Shown: positions 40,960 to 56,330 of the stretch, piece by piece
How positions within the stretch are numbered: the stretch's first letter is position 1
How the letters are laid out: each line of letters begins with the position of its first letter
From: the human T2T-CHM13v2.0 reference genome, Homo sapiens
NCBI RefSeq assembly: GCF_009914755.1
Contig: NC_060932.1
Length of the DNA stretch: 64,000 nt
Reading direction: 5' to 3' (one strand)
Notes under the pieces: model-generated
Databases searched by the model: none
Told to the model about the DNA's origin: nothing
The model's input: only the letters and a program-made list of their open reading frames with translations
Program-made: the position numbers and the translations under genes

Positions 40960-43900
40960 TTTTTTTTTCAAGTTTTATTTTAGGTTCAGCAGTACATGTA
41001 TAGGTTTGTTACATGAGTAAATTGCATGTTGCAGGGGTTTGGTATACAAATGATTTTGTCACCCAGGTGGTGAGCATAGTACTTGATAGGTAGTTTTTCA
41101 ACGATTCCTCTACTCCCACCCTTCCCCCTCAAGTAGGTCCTAGTGTCTGTTGTTCCCATCTTTGTGTCCATTTGTACTCAATGTTTAGCTCCTACTTATA
41201 AGTAAAAAAGTGTGAAATTTGGTTGGCTGTTCTTGCATTAATTCACTTAGGATAATGGCTTCTAGCTGTAGCCATGTTGCTGCAAAGGAATGATTTCATA
41301 TTTTATGGCTGCGTAGTATTCCAAAATATACATGTAGCACATTTTCTTTATCAAGTCCACAATTGAGGGGCCTGTAGGTTGATTCCATGTCTTTGCTTTT
41401 GTGAATAGTGCTGTGACGAATATACAAGTGCATGTGTCTTTTTGGTTGAATGATTTATATTCCCTTGGGTATATACTTAGTACTACAATTACTGGGTTTA
41501 ATGGTAGTTACGTTTTAAGTTCTTCGAGAGGTCTCTAAACTTTCTGCAATGGCTGAACTAATTTACATTCCCACAAACAGTGTATAAGCATTCTTATTTT
41601 TTTCACAGCCTTTCCAAAATCTGTTATTTTTGACTTTTTAATAATAACCATTCTGACTGGTGTGAGATGATATATCATTGTGGTTTTGATTTGCATTTCT
41701 CTAATGATTAGTGATGTTGAGCATTTTTTACGTGCTTGTTGGATGCATTTATGTCTTCTTTTGAGAAGTTTCTGTTTATATAGTTTGCCTATGTTTTAAT
41801 GAAGTGGTTTGGCTTTTGCTTGTTGATTTGTTTATGTTCTTTATAAATTCTGGATATTAGACTTTGAATTTAATATCCAATATTTACAGAGTATTCATCC
41901 AACTGGATGAATTTTCTCCCATTCTGCGAGTTGCCTGTTTACTTTGTTGACAATTTCTTTTGCCGTCCAGAGGCATCTACTGAATACTCTGCACAACATA
42001 ATATACATTCTTCTTACCTGAACAAAGCACATACTCTAGGATCAACCACACGCCCAGCCATAAAGATATCTCAATAAATACAAAAAAGAACCAAAATGAT
42101 ACCAACAACACTTTCAGACCACAGCACGATAAAATACAAATAAATACCAAGAAGATCTCTAAAAATTATACAATTATATTGAAATTAAACAACCTGCTCC
42201 TAAGTTTTAGATAAAGAGTAAAATTAATGCAGAAATCAAAAAATTCTTTGAAACTAACGAAAACAAGAATACAACACATCAAAATCTCTGGGACACAGCT
42301 AAAGCAGGGTTAAGCGGAAAGTTTATATTGCTAAATGCCTACATTCAGAAGTTAGGTAGATCTCAAATTAACAACCTAATATCACAAATGAGATTAATAT
42401 GTAAAAATTAATACAAAAGGTCAATGAAACCAAAAGTTGATTCTTCTAAAGGATAAACAAAATTGATAGACTTCTGCTGGATTAACAAAGAAAAAAATTT
42501 AAACACAATCAAAGATGAAAAATGTAACATTATGACTGACTCCATAGAAATGAAAAAAACCCATAGAGACTATTATGAACACCTCTATGCACACAAAGTA
42601 GAAATCATAGAATAATTGGATACATTTCTGAAAACATACAACCTCCAAAGATTTAACTAGGAAGAAATTAAATCCTGAATAGACCAATAAGAAGTTCTAA
42701 AACAGAATCGGTAATAAAAAATCTATCATCCAGAAAAAGCCCTGTACCAGTTGCCTTCAGAGTTGAATTCTACCAGATTTACAAAGAGGAGCTGGTACCA
42801 GTCCTAGTGAAATATTCCAAAAAAATTGAGGAAGAAGCACTACTCCCTAACTCATTCTATGAGGCCAGCATTATTGTGATACCAAAATCTGGTAGAGATA
42901 CAATGGAAAATAAAAATTTCAGGCAAACACTGATGATGAACATTGATGCAGATATCCTCAACTAAATACTAGCAAACACAATCCAGCAACACATCAAAAA
43001 GCTAAGTCACCACTATAAAGTAGGCTTTATTCCTAGGATGAAAGTTTGGTTCAACAGAGTCAAATCAATAATGTCATTCATCACATAGACATAACTAAAA
43101 AGGAAGACTAGATGATAATCTCAATAGACAGAGGAGGCTTTCAATAAAATTAAACATCGCTTCATGGTAAAACACTCAACAAACTAGACATCAAAGGAAC
43201 ATACCTCAGAATAATAGGAGCCATCTAGAAAAACCAACAGCCAACATCATACTGAATGGGCAAAAGCTGGAAGTATTCCCCCTGAGAACTGGAACAAGAC
43301 AAGGACTCCCAGTCTCACCATTCCTATTAAACGTAGTACTGAAAGTCTAGCCAAAGCAATCAGACAAGAGAAAGAAATAAAAGGCATCTAAATAGGAGGG
43401 GAAAAAAAGTATCTCTTTTCACAGACAATAAAATTCTATACCTAGAAAATCCCATAGTCTCTGCCCAAAGGCACTTAGAACTGATAAACAACTTCAGTAA
43501 AGTTTCAGGATGCAAAATTAATGTACAAAAATCAGTATCATTTCTATGTACTAAAACACCCAAGCTGAGAGCCAAATCAACAGCACAATCTCATTTACAA
43601 TAGCCAGAAAAAGAATAAAGTACTTAGAAATACAGCTAACCAGGGAGGTTAAAGATCTCTACCATGACAATTACAAAACACTGCTGAAATCAGGGATGAC
43701 ACAAAAGTAGAAAAAGATTGCATGCTCATGGATAGGAAGAATCTATATTGTTAAAATAGCCATAGTGCCCAAAGCAATTTACAGATTCATTGTTATTCCT
43801 ATCAAACTATCAATGTCCCTTTATTAGTTTGTTCTCACACTGCTATAAAGAACTACCTGAGACTGGGTAATTTATAAAGAAAGGAGGTTTAATTGACTCA

Positions 43901-44752
43901 CAGTTCCACAGGCTGTACAGGAGGCATGGATGGGGAGGCCTCAGAAAATTTACAATCATGGGGAAAGAGCAAAGGGTAAGCAAGCCTGTCTTCACGTGGT
44001 GCCAGGAGAAAGAGTGAATGGGGAAGTGCTACGCACTTTAAAAAACCCAGGTCTCATGAGAACTCACTCACTAGAACTCAGAACAGCATATGCCATAGAG
44101 AACAGCAAGTGGAAAATCTGCCTCCATGATCCAATTACCTCCCGCCAGGTCCCTTCCATAACATTAGGGATTACAAGATTTGAGTGGGGACAAGGAGCCA
44201 AACCATATCAGTCACTTTTCACAAAATTGGAAAATACTATTCTAAAATTTATATGGAACCCACAACAAGCTCAAATAGCCAAAGCAATTCTAAGAAAAAA
44301 AAAATTGCTGGAGGCATCACACATCATGCTACCCAACTTTAAGCTATACTACAAGACTACAGTAAACAAAACAGTATGGTACTGGTACAAAAACAGACAT
44401 ATGGGACAATGGAACAGGTTAAAGAATTGAGAAATAAAGCCAGATACGTACAGACATCTGCTAGTCAACAAAATCAACAATAACAAGCAATGGTGAAAGA
44501 AATCCCTGTTCAATAAATGCTGCTGAGTTAACTGGTTAGCCATATGCAGAAGATTGACACTGAACACCTTCCTTTCACTATATACAAAAATCACCTCAAA
44601 ATGAATTAAAGACTTAAATGTAAAATGTACAACTGTAAAAAACCCTAGAAGAAAACCTAAGAAATATCATTCTGGACATAGGCATTGGCATTGATTTCAT
44701 GATGAAGTCTCCAAAAGCAATGGCAACAAAGCAAGAGTAGACAAATGGGACC
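40960..44752 (-). mobile_element. Older L1PA with 5' inversion: 3' end antisense 40960-41972, ORF2 sense about 41973-44752
   Basis: PolyT and 3'UTR on the left. Sense ORF2 motifs (ILKFIWN...[22 protein letters not shown]) on the right. Confidence 0.88.
43820..44210 (-). mobile_element. MSTA-like MaLR solo LTR inside L1
   Basis: TATTAGTTTGTTCTCACACTGCTATAAAG...CACAGGCTGTACAGGAGGCATGG...CCAAACCATATCA. Flanks GTCCC/GTCAC are a TSD with 1 mismatch. Confidence 0.88.
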
Positions 44753-45079
44753 GCAATGTGTTTTAAGTGCGATGTCTACTCTATGGCATATGCATTCGGA
44801 TTTTTGAAACAATTTACTTTTACTCTCTTCATATTCAAGGCAAATCTGTCTCCTGCCTCTCTCCTTATTTCCTCAACCACTGTGAGTTTGCCCTGCTATG
44901 TTATTCATTTCCATTTTATTTTCAGCCTCTGGTGCATTTCCTGGGAGATTATGGGTGCCTAATATTAACTGAATAAATAAAGAATGGATTGAAAAATTCA
45001 AAGGTGATGATTCCTTTTTATTTTTATTATTTATTCTCTGAAATAGCATTTTTTGTGTACTGATTTTTGCCTTTTCTAT

Positions 45080-45215
45080 TATCTTCCACTAGAATGCAAG
45101 CTCCATGAAAACAGGAATTTGGCTGACTTGTTCAATATTTTTACCCTTGGTGCCAAATGCCTGGCAGAATTGTGGGTGCTTAATAAATGAATATTTTATA
45201 AATACATGAATGAAC
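45080..45215 (+). mobile_element. L2 3' end
   Basis: CCACTAGAATGCAAGCTCCATGA...TGCCTGGCA...GTGCTTAATAAATG...ATGAATGAA. Confidence 0.8.
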
Positions 45216-46199
45216 ATATGCACACTTCAGAATGTCAAAAATGTGAGAGTAAATGATGAGAAAGACATTGACAAAACAAGAGTAATAACGATGAGATAGA
45301 ACAGGAAGGAAAGAGTGCTATACTCTGTTAAAGAGCTACATATGTTTAACTATATATATGGATGTGACTGGAATCATGCAATGATGCGTTACTCTGTTTC
45401 TGTGTGTGTGTTTGTATAAAAGAATCATTGTAAGTTAGACTGTGTTTGTACAAAGGCATTACCACATGTCAGACCACCCCTGAGTGTTTATTATATGCAT
45501 GAGTCTAAATGTTAATGCAATATATTTTATGCTACCAAGATAAGGGAAAAGAAAGGCAGTAAGGAAATATTGTGCCTTATTTAATGTTAAATATGTGCAA
45601 GTAAAAATAATAGAGGACAAGCAAAAATGTCTGATTGTATCTTCACATCAATATTTTAAAGTTGCTCATTATGGGAAGTAATCAAATCTTAAACATTCTT
45701 TTTTGTCTTGCGCATTTTTTTGAGGGAAAGTAGGGAAAACTCAGTAAATCACAGGTCCATATACTTTCAGGATGTGAAGTGGTCTCAAGGGACATCTACA
45801 GATTTTGACTCTTCGACAGCTAAAGGGATTGGCAAAACAGATGTTAATCATTATTAGAAGTATCTGTTGATTCCTACTCAATATCTATACTGTAAAGATG
45901 ATGAAGGAAGGAAAAAAGAACCTTCTGATATTCTACTTCATGTAACGGAAAGTAATAGAACAGTGTTACAACATTTAGGTCTTGCTACTATACTAAATAA
46001 ATGTCAGAAATAATGCCTTTAAACTCTAAGGAAGACAGTAAAAGGGCAGGATGTAAGTCAACCAGGAAGGACAGGTCTGTTCAGATAATTTATTAACCCT
46101 GTTTGATAACTGGCATACAGCCCTTCATCTAGAATACCCTTTTGCACAAATCCTCCTGCCAGAACTGTCTCACAAGTTAAAACTTCAGTGTACACACAA

Positions 46200-46450
46200 T
46201 TTAGTAGCCAAAACCTTGAGCTTTGGCATAAGAAGTTCCTGGATTCAAATATTAACTCTGATACCGACTAGCTATGTGACTAATGATAAGTTACGCAGCT
46301 TCTCCCTGAGCCTACTTCTCTGAGGATAAACAGCATTCCTATGTCACAAGGCTTTAACAAGGTAAGCTAGCATTATGTTTTGGAGAAATAGATAAAATAA
46401 ATGTGTGAAACACACTGCTTGGCACACAATAAAATACTTAATCATATTAA
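46200..46450 (+). mobile_element. MIR
   Basis: CCTGGATTCAAAT...CTAGCTATGTGAC...CCCTGAGCCT...TGGCACACAATAAAATACTTAA. Confidence 0.7.
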
Positions 46451-46525
46451 TTATTTTTTTAAATTAACACAATTGTTTACATCATTTATTTCATTTTATA
46501 CTTATAATTAAAGTTGAAGAGTGTC

Positions 46526-48601
46526 TGATATGGTTTGGCTGTGTCCCCACCCAAATCTTATCTTGAATTGTAGTTCCCATAATCCCCACATATCAAGAGA
46601 GGGACCTGGTGGGAGGTGTGAGTTAATTAAACCTCTTTCCTTTATAAATTACCCAGTCTTGGGCCGTTCTTTATAGCAGCATGAGAATGGACTAATACAG
46701 TAAATTGGTACCACAGAGAGTACAGTACTACTATAAAGATACCCAGAAATGTGGAAGTGACTATGAAACTTGGTAACAGACAGAGGGTGGAACAGTTGGA
46801 GGGCTCATAAGAGGAGAGGAAAATGTGGGAAAGTTTGAAACTTCCTAAATACTTGTTGAATGGCTTTGACCAAAATGCTGATAGTGATATGGACAATGAA
46901 GTCCAGGCTGAAGTGCTCTCAGATGGAGATGGGAAATCTGTTGGGAACTGCAGTAAGGTCACTCTTGCTATGCAAAGAGGCTGGTGGCATTTTTCCCCTG
47001 CCCCAGAGATCTGTGGAACTTTATACTTGAGAGGGATGGTTTAGGGTTTCTGGTGGAAAAAATTTCTAAGCAGCAAAGTATTTAGCATGAAGCAGAGCAT
47101 AAAATTTTGAAAAACATTTGCAGCCTGACAATGCAATAGAAAAGAAGATCCCATTTTTCTGGAGAGATAATCAAGCCCTGCAGAAATTTGCATAAGTAAT
47201 GAGGAGCCAAATGTTAATCACCAAGGCAATGGGGCAAGATCATGTCAGAGACATTCACAGCAGCCCGTCCCATCACAGACCTGGAGGCCTAGGGGAGAAA
47301 ACTGGTTTCCTAGGCCAGATCCAGGGTCCCCCTGCTGTGTGCAGCCTTGGGACTTGATGCTCTGCTTCCTAGCCATTCCAGCCGTGACTAAAAGGGGCCA
47401 ATGTACAGCTCAGGCCGCTGTTTCAGAGTGTGCAAACCCCAAGTCTTGGCAGCTTCCACATTGTGTTGAGCTGGTTGGTGTGCGGAAGTCAAGAATTGAG
47501 GTTTGGGAGCCTCTGCCTAGATTTCAGAGGATGTATGGAAACACCTGGATGTCCAGGCAGAGGTGTGCTGTAGAGGCAAGCCCTCATGGAAAACCTCTGC
47601 TAGGGCAGGGTGGAAGGAAAATGTGGTGTTGCGGCCCCCACAGAGTCCTCACTTGGGCGTTGCCTAGTGGAACTATGAGAAGAGAGTCACTGTTCTCCAG
47701 ACCCCAGAATGGTAGATCCACCAACAGCTTGCCCCAGTCGCCAGGAAAAGCCATAGACACTCAACACTAGCCCATGAAAGCAACCAGGTGGGGACTGTAT
47801 CTGCTAAGCCAGGGAAGTGAAGCTGCCCAAGACCATTGGAACCCACCTCTTGCATCGGTGCCCTTGGATGTGAGACATGAAATTGAAGGAGATAATTTGG
47901 GAGTTTAAGGTTTGACTGCCCCACCGAATTTGGGAGTTGCATGGGGCATGTAGCCTCTTCATTTTGGCCAATTTCTCATATTTGGAATGGCTGCTATTAC
48001 CCAATGCCTGTACCCTCATCATATCTAGTAAGTAACTAACTTGCTTTCGATTTTACAGGCCCATAGGTGGAATAGGTAGAAGGGACTTGCCTTGTCTCAG
48101 ATGAGACTTTGGACTTGGACTTTTGGGTTAATGCTGGAATGAATTAGAACTTTGAGGGACTGATGGAAAGGCATGATTGCTTTTGAAATATGAGTACATG
48201 AGATTTGGGAAGGGCCAGAAGCAGAATGATATGGTTTGGCTGTGTCCTCACCCAAATCTCATCTTGAATTGTGGTTCCCATAATCCCCATGTGTCATGGA
48301 AGGGACCCAGTGGGAGATAATTGAATCATGGGGGTGGTTAACCCATGCTACTGTTTTTTGTGATAATGTGTGAGTTGAGTTCTCACAAGATCTGACTGTT
48401 TATAAGGGGTTTTCCCCTCTTTTCTTGGCACTTCTCCTTCCTGCCTTCATGTGAAGACGGATGTGTTTCCTTCCCCTTCCACCATTTTTGTGAGGCCTCC
48501 CCATCCATGCGGAACTGTGAGTCCATTAAACCGCTTTTTTTAAAATAAATTACCCAATCTTGGGTATGTCTGTATTAGCAACATGAGCATGAACTAATAG
48601 A
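46526..48601 (+). mobile_element. THE1 (THE1D-like) MaLR provirus: 5' LTR 46526-46699, internal 46700-48226, 3' LTR 48227-48601
   Basis: Both LTRs begin TGATATGGTTTGGCTGTGTCC. Internal region starts GTAAATTGGTACC. 5-bp TSD GTGTC at 46521-46525 and 48602-48606. Confidence 0.93.
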
Positions 48602-51321
48602 GTGTCTTTATTTATCTTTTTTATCTTATGGGTAAGAAAACTGTGGCTCAAGGAATTGGATTGTATTTCCATCATTATGCAGGGTCTATCCCATCTCTTT
48701 GCCATTAAACAGCTGAACTAAATTTGAAAAATGGTCCAGTATTTGACATCCACACAAGCCCAGTGTTCTTATGTCCTTAACATTTCCCTTTTCACATAGG
48801 CCTCCTGTGAAGCTCTCTCCCTTACTTTGATACCCTTCCCCACTTTCTGAACCATTCAGTGCTTTAGATTCTGCTGACTTTGCCTGCATGCTCATTGTTT
48901 CAAACTTTTTTGTGCTTCCACCAAACTGGCTGATTGTATTTGACATCTTGACATTCTCTGTATCCTCTTACTAAACTTTCTTCAGGGAGGGACTTCCCAT
49001 CACCCACTGTCCCATGTTCTTCAGTTCTTTTCCAGCTCCTCCACTATTCTGGGCTGAGCCCTGCTTTCAGGACACCAGCCCACTCTGGAACACAGGATTT
49101 CTTTGGTAGAAAATAAAGTCTCCAAATTATATCATACTCTTCACAATTCACTTTAACTGATCATGGTCTACAACTTAGGCTGTTTAGCTTTGTCTTCTAG
49201 CCATCTCTCCCATCAACCCTCAGTCTGTCCTCAGACAGCCTTTCTTAATAGACTCATTTCTGGTCTCATACACAACAGCTGGTTCTCAGGCAGAATTCTT
49301 CATGTTGTCCCTTCCTCTCTCAAATATGACTCACATATGCTCCTGGATTTGGTGTACCACTTCCAGTCACAAAGAAAAAAATCCTCTTCTATCTAGTATA
49401 TATCCATCTGCTATAGTTTTTCAGCCTTATGATTAATTAGTGGTGTGTCAAGCCTTGAACTTTTTATTGCTCCATTTTATTTCTTTTCAACTTATTATTT
49501 ACCATCTTTGTACATATTGTGGAACACATAAACCCACAAAAGAGGCCTGACTGGCTCACAGACAACAGAGGAAAATGCAGTACAATGCCAGCATAAGATT
49601 AACTAATGAATTACGTGACTTCAAGAGCAAGGATACTTTCAAAGGTGTGTGGAGAGATAAAAAATGGAGACCCATTCAATCTCTGTATTTTTCTTTAGGC
49701 AAGTCAAAGCTTTGGTGTTTTTTTTTGTTTATCTCTTTTTTGTTGTTGTTGTTTGTTTGTTTTGTCTGACCTTCTTACATGGGAGGGGAGAGGCCAGATG
49801 GTGCCAGATGGGGTTGTAACAGTGTTACACAAAACCCAGCCTCTGGGGACACCCCCACACATATCCCACATCATGAGACAGCCACCAGACTTTTTTCAAA
49901 GGGTCCATCCCATTCTCCACTTGAGTGTCACAGCTGAAAGGGATTAGTGACATCTTAGGGAAGAGGAATTTTGGATTGTGAAGGGTGTTTTTTTGCTCCA
50001 CTTTTTTATTTCCCCCTTCACTAGTTAAATCTAAGGGACACTTAAACTTAGAGCCTGCTATTATTTTTCCTTGACCACTGTGTGACCTTCATTTCCTGGA
50101 GCTGATTCAGATGAAGAATTCTAGAACAGCATTAGAGTTTGTTGATCTTTTACCCTCTCCTGCCTCATTACAAATGCTGTGAAATTTATCTTGGGTTATC
50201 TTTTTCCAATGTATAAAGCCTTTGGTATCAATCAAACTGGACAGCTCGAGGATGATGCAGAGTGCTGGCATGATTCACTGTGAGAAACACCCTGAGAAGC
50301 TTCCCCTTTGGCTCTTCCCACATCAGCCGTGACCCTCAACCCAACTCAGAACGGAGAGGAAGCAATCAGGCATTCCCTAAATGTCTTCAGGCCTTGTCTG
50401 ATTCTTGATGATGGTGAAAGAAGGATAGACTTGAAACTACAGCAGTTCCAATACAAACCAGGCACAAAGGAAAGGTTCCTTTCATCCAAGAGCGATATTA
50501 CGGCAGGACTGCTCTTGCCTTAGTGACACTGATACACTCTCATCTCCTTCCTCAATCTCCAAGAAAAGCACATACAGCAAAGCAGGATCAAGAGAGATAA
50601 ACAGTTTTAATATAGTTTTTCAGTAGTATATGGTTGCATGTGTTTAAGTTGAAAAAATTGCAAACGTGGCCCACCTCTTCACACCTCCACACTGGAAGGC
50701 AATCTTGCAAAGAATGGTGATGGACAGCCATTTTGTTCTGCACTTTCAAATACGTTGCTTGAGGTCCAAAGTACTTAAAATGACTTGCCTAAAGCCACAC
50801 AGAGAATTAGCGCAAAGAAACAGTGTCACATCATCAAAGAGAAGGAGGGCTTTGATGTTCAACCAAACAAAGTGTCTGATCCTGGTGCTGTGCCCAATGC
50901 AAGCGATTATAAGCACATTTTATAACTCTCTCAGTTCCAACTCATTCTTTTCTTAAAGTAGAGATGTAAATACCTATTTCACTGGGTAATCATGAGAATT
51001 TTTTAAAAATGAGAATTAAAAACATAAAAGATCCAGTGTTGTTATAGCCATTCCTGGCACATAGTAGCTTTTATGTTAATTGTCAAATGTTCACATTCCG
51101 TCAGTCAATGGTTTCTTACAGCACAATCACCATGGTCTCTGAAATACTTACCCTAGCTGCTCTGCCCCAGCTCTGGGTGCTCTGGTGCAGCCAGGATACA
51201 GTGAAAGAGTCACCTCTTCCCCGCTTTGACAGGGATGCAAGGGCCTCCTTTTATTTTTACAGATGTCCTTGGCATCAGAAGGGGGCAAGCTGCACAGAGT
51301 CATTCTCAGAAAGTGCCTTGA

Positions 51322-51806
<485 letters not shown>

Positions 51807-51975
51807 CAATCCATTGTATTTCTAAGCATCTGAGTGACACCCCTCTTCTGGGCCCTCCTGCCAACCCACCACAAAGCACCTGCCAGCAGGCATTCACACG
51901 CTTTGGGCACACATTCAGTTCTGACACCTGACACCCCTTGCATCCATCTCTCCCAACTTTTTCCTCCTCCCCAAT

Positions 51976-52340
51976 TGTATTAGTCTGTTTTGACACTCTT
52001 ATAAGGACTTACCTGAAACTGGGTAATTTATACAGAAAAAAGAGGTTTAATGGACTCACAGTTTCACATGGCTAGGGAGGCCTCACAATCACGGAAGAAG
52101 GTGAAGGAGGAGCAAAAACATTTCTTACATGGAGGCAGGCAAGAGAGCATGTGCAAGGGAACTGCCCTTTATAAAACCTTCAGATCTAGTGGGACTTATT
52201 CACTATCATGAGAACAGCACAGAAAAAAACCCACCCCCATGATTCAATTACCTCCCACTAAGTTCCTTCCATGACACTGAGGATTATGGGAGCTACAATT
52301 CAAGATGAGATTTGGGTGGGGACACAGCCAAACCATACCA
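51976..52340 (-). mobile_element. THE1 solo LTR (THE1B-like)
   Basis: TGTATTAGTC...GGGACACAGCCAAACCATACCA. 5-bp TSD CCAAT at 51971-51975 and 52341-52345. Confidence 0.92.
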
Positions 52341-53316
52341 CCAATATCTCAAACTTTAGAAACAAACCCCATTATCCTACCTTAAAAAATCTTATTTTCT
52401 TCTTTTCTTTCATAGCCCTGATACCTGATTCCAGGCATCACTCAGAAAAAGTCCTGTTTATGTGCAAAAACTGAAATATAAACCTTGTCAAACACAAAGG
52501 CTGTTTTTCTTCCCTATTTTCATAGTCAGAAAGTATTTTTCTTCAGAAATGCAATGGCCAGGTATCCACTCCCAATTAAAAAATGTGTGTCATCTAGTCC
52601 AGACAAGATTCAAATACCTCCCTGCAAGAGCAAAAACAAGAAAGTTGAGTTTCTATTTTAAAAGAAGATTGAAAGTCTGATTCCCATTGAAAATCCAAAT
52701 TGAGTTTCAGAAGCAATGGAAATTAATAAACACTTAATGGAATTAAAATGACTTGAAACAGAAGCAATAGCTACACAAAAGGAGAGTGAGTGATTCTCTG
52801 TGTAATTTTGAGCATTACAAAGAAATAGCAGTGAGTTCTCAGCTAGACTCTCACATGTTTCATATCTAGTTGTTAATCGGTTTGGAACTGATGAGCATTT
52901 CCTTGCAAAAGCTTAGCCTGTAGAAGGCACCTTCTGTCAAGCCTTATTTCCAGTCTCTGCTGATACACGAGATCTTTCACCAACAATATCAGAAATAGCT
53001 AGTAAGCATCGCCACACCTTGGTAAGGGTATAGCAAGATACAGATGAAAACTTACTAAATTTAACACTGACTGGAAGTGGTTTAAAATCCTGGCTTGACT
53101 ACGTATTGATTTTATGATCCTTGGAAGTTAAGTTGGGGAAATAAATATATTTTCAAATTTACATATAGGTAAACTGAGACAGAATTTCACTTAGACTCTT
53201 TCTGACAGTTTGCCCACACATAAATTGAAGAATATAATTACTATCTCACCATTTGTGTGTCTAGGGATATGTGTAAGTAAAGACCAAATCCAACTTGAGT
53301 CATAAAGCACTATTGT

Positions 53317-53351
53317 ACAGACACACACAGACACACACACACACACACACA
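53317..53351. repeat. Interrupted (AC)n microsatellite
   Basis: Directly visible. Confidence 0.9.
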
Positions 53352-54360
53352 TAATTTCCACTATGACATTGATCAAGAATGGTACCATGCCAAAGCATAA
53401 ACTATCTAGGTGTTCATTTATCTTAACTTTATATTAAACTATGTGACCAGTTCCATTTATTGATTGTGTCTTGTTTTACATGTGTTGAATTGGTTTATTA
53501 ACATTTGTCCTCATTTTGCTGTTACTCTGGAATTTCATATCCTGCAATGTATTTTTCAAACATCAAGTCATTTGGCCTAAATATTTTTTACCTAACAAAC
53601 TTTTGATCTCTGTCCATTCAGTGCAAGGTACTAGTACCTTCGTATAGTCTTTAAGAGCATGGACTTCATACCAATATACGTTTAAATTCATTTCTAACAC
53701 TTAGCAGTTGTGTGAACTCAGGCATGGCTAATGGCCCTATACCTCAATTCCTACATAATTTTAAATGAGGCTGGCATCTATCATCTGCTCAATGAAGATT
53801 AAGCAGATTAACATATGCATATGTATGTGTGTATATACATGTATATGTGTGTGTGCGTGTGTTTCAAAGTTTGAAATATAAAAGATAGAGCACTTGCAAC
53901 CTGAAGCATCCTAATGCACATGGCCATAAAGTATGGAGTACAAGATAGTAATACAAGTTACGAAGGTGAAATTACTACAACTAATGTACTAATTGTAAAT
54001 ATGTTTTGTTTAATTTTTTTCTAGTAACTCAAAATCACAGCACAGCATGGTGATATGCTGCATTAAATAAGAACACAGTGTGTCCTCCATCCCTCAAAAC
54101 ATATTCTAAACCAGCTCTTTTCCCTCCATAAAGCAGTTCACCATATGCACATTCATGTCTGAAAGATTGGCAAAGGAAAAACTAGCTATGCGTTCAAAGC
54201 CATCCAATTCCCCCGCCTGATCTGGAAATGTAAGTGAAAGGACAGTGACAGATCTCTGAGATAATAGCAGCCGGCGGGATCATGGAGGTGAAGAATCTGT
54301 TATCTGATGTAAACTGCTATTCCATGTGAGGTGAATGAACTCTTTAAGGGGTGCCACTTA

Positions 54361-54930
<570 letters not shown>

Positions 54931-55059
54931 TCACAGTCATTGGAACCCCTCAGACTCAGATTTTCACCTGCTTAGCCACTCACTTTCTGTGTGACTTCAA
55001 GAAAATATCTTCCTGATCTCAGAAAATGAAAGGCTTGTCACGCAATATGTGATCCCAGT

Positions 55060-55930
55060 TGGTAAAGGAAATTATTGATAAGGTTACCTTCATCAAATTA
55101 AGAGCTAATGTGCATCAAAATATAATCTTAAGAACAACCACTGTTATACAGATACATACTTGTCTAGCACAAACCAATTAGAAAACAACAGATAATGTGC
55201 TAGAAAAGGACACACTTCACAAGGTGGAAAATACGAATGACAGATAAACTTATGAGAAAGTGGTCAACTTTATTAACAATCAGGAAAGTACAATTAGATA
55301 GCACTACCTACTCAGTAGCTGTTGAAAATGAATAATGAATGAATGAGTAAATGCATTGGTGCCAAAAGTTGTAGAGATGTGGAGTAATAATACACTGCTC
55401 AGACTATATGGATAGAAGGTAAATTTTGTATAAATATTTTAGAAAAAAGGTGGCATAATCTACTAAATCTGTGGAAACTTATATCCTGTGGCTGTGCCAT
55501 TCCAGAACTTCTTCATAATCAATAGAAAAAGTACATATTCGTCCAAGGAGACGTGCTAAAACTGTTCATATTATGACTCTTCATATTAGCACAAAACTGG
55601 AAACAACCCAGGTATCCATAAGTACTAAAAATGTGGTGTAATCAAACAGGGGAATAGTAACTAACAGTTAGAATATGAATCACAGCACTTTCAAGCAACT
55701 TGGATGAATTTCATTAGCATCATGTCGAGTCAAAGAAACAAAATAAGGCAAACTGAAGACTCAGAGTGTGCGATTGGGTAGGTCATGAGGAGGACTCTTG
55801 AATGATTGTTAATATATATCTGGACTGGAACGGTTACATTAGTTCTCAAGGTGTAAAAATGTGTTAAGTTGGCTATTTACATTATAGGCACTTTTGGAAT
55901 GTGTTTTTTCTTTTTTTACGAGAACGAGAT
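55060..55930 (+). mobile_element. L1ME-like 3' region
   Basis: GCACAAAACTGGAAACAACCCA...AATGTGGT...TGGATGAATTTCA. Confidence 0.7.
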
Positions 55931-55999
55931 TTAAGTTTAAAAAAGTAATTTCAGTGTGCTCAATATTGTTCATCTATACCATTATTTAATAAATATTTA

Positions 56000-56330
<331 letters not shown>

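Noticed and set aside
43930-44430. 166-aa ORF
   Set aside because: Chance fusion of antisense MST LTR with an L1 ORF2 fragment.
46823-47770. ORFs of 73 and 143 aa
   Set aside because: Broken remnants of the THE1 internal region.
50308-50523. 71-aa ORF in unique-looking DNA
   Set aside because: Non-ATG start, no recognisable domain and no convincing splice context.
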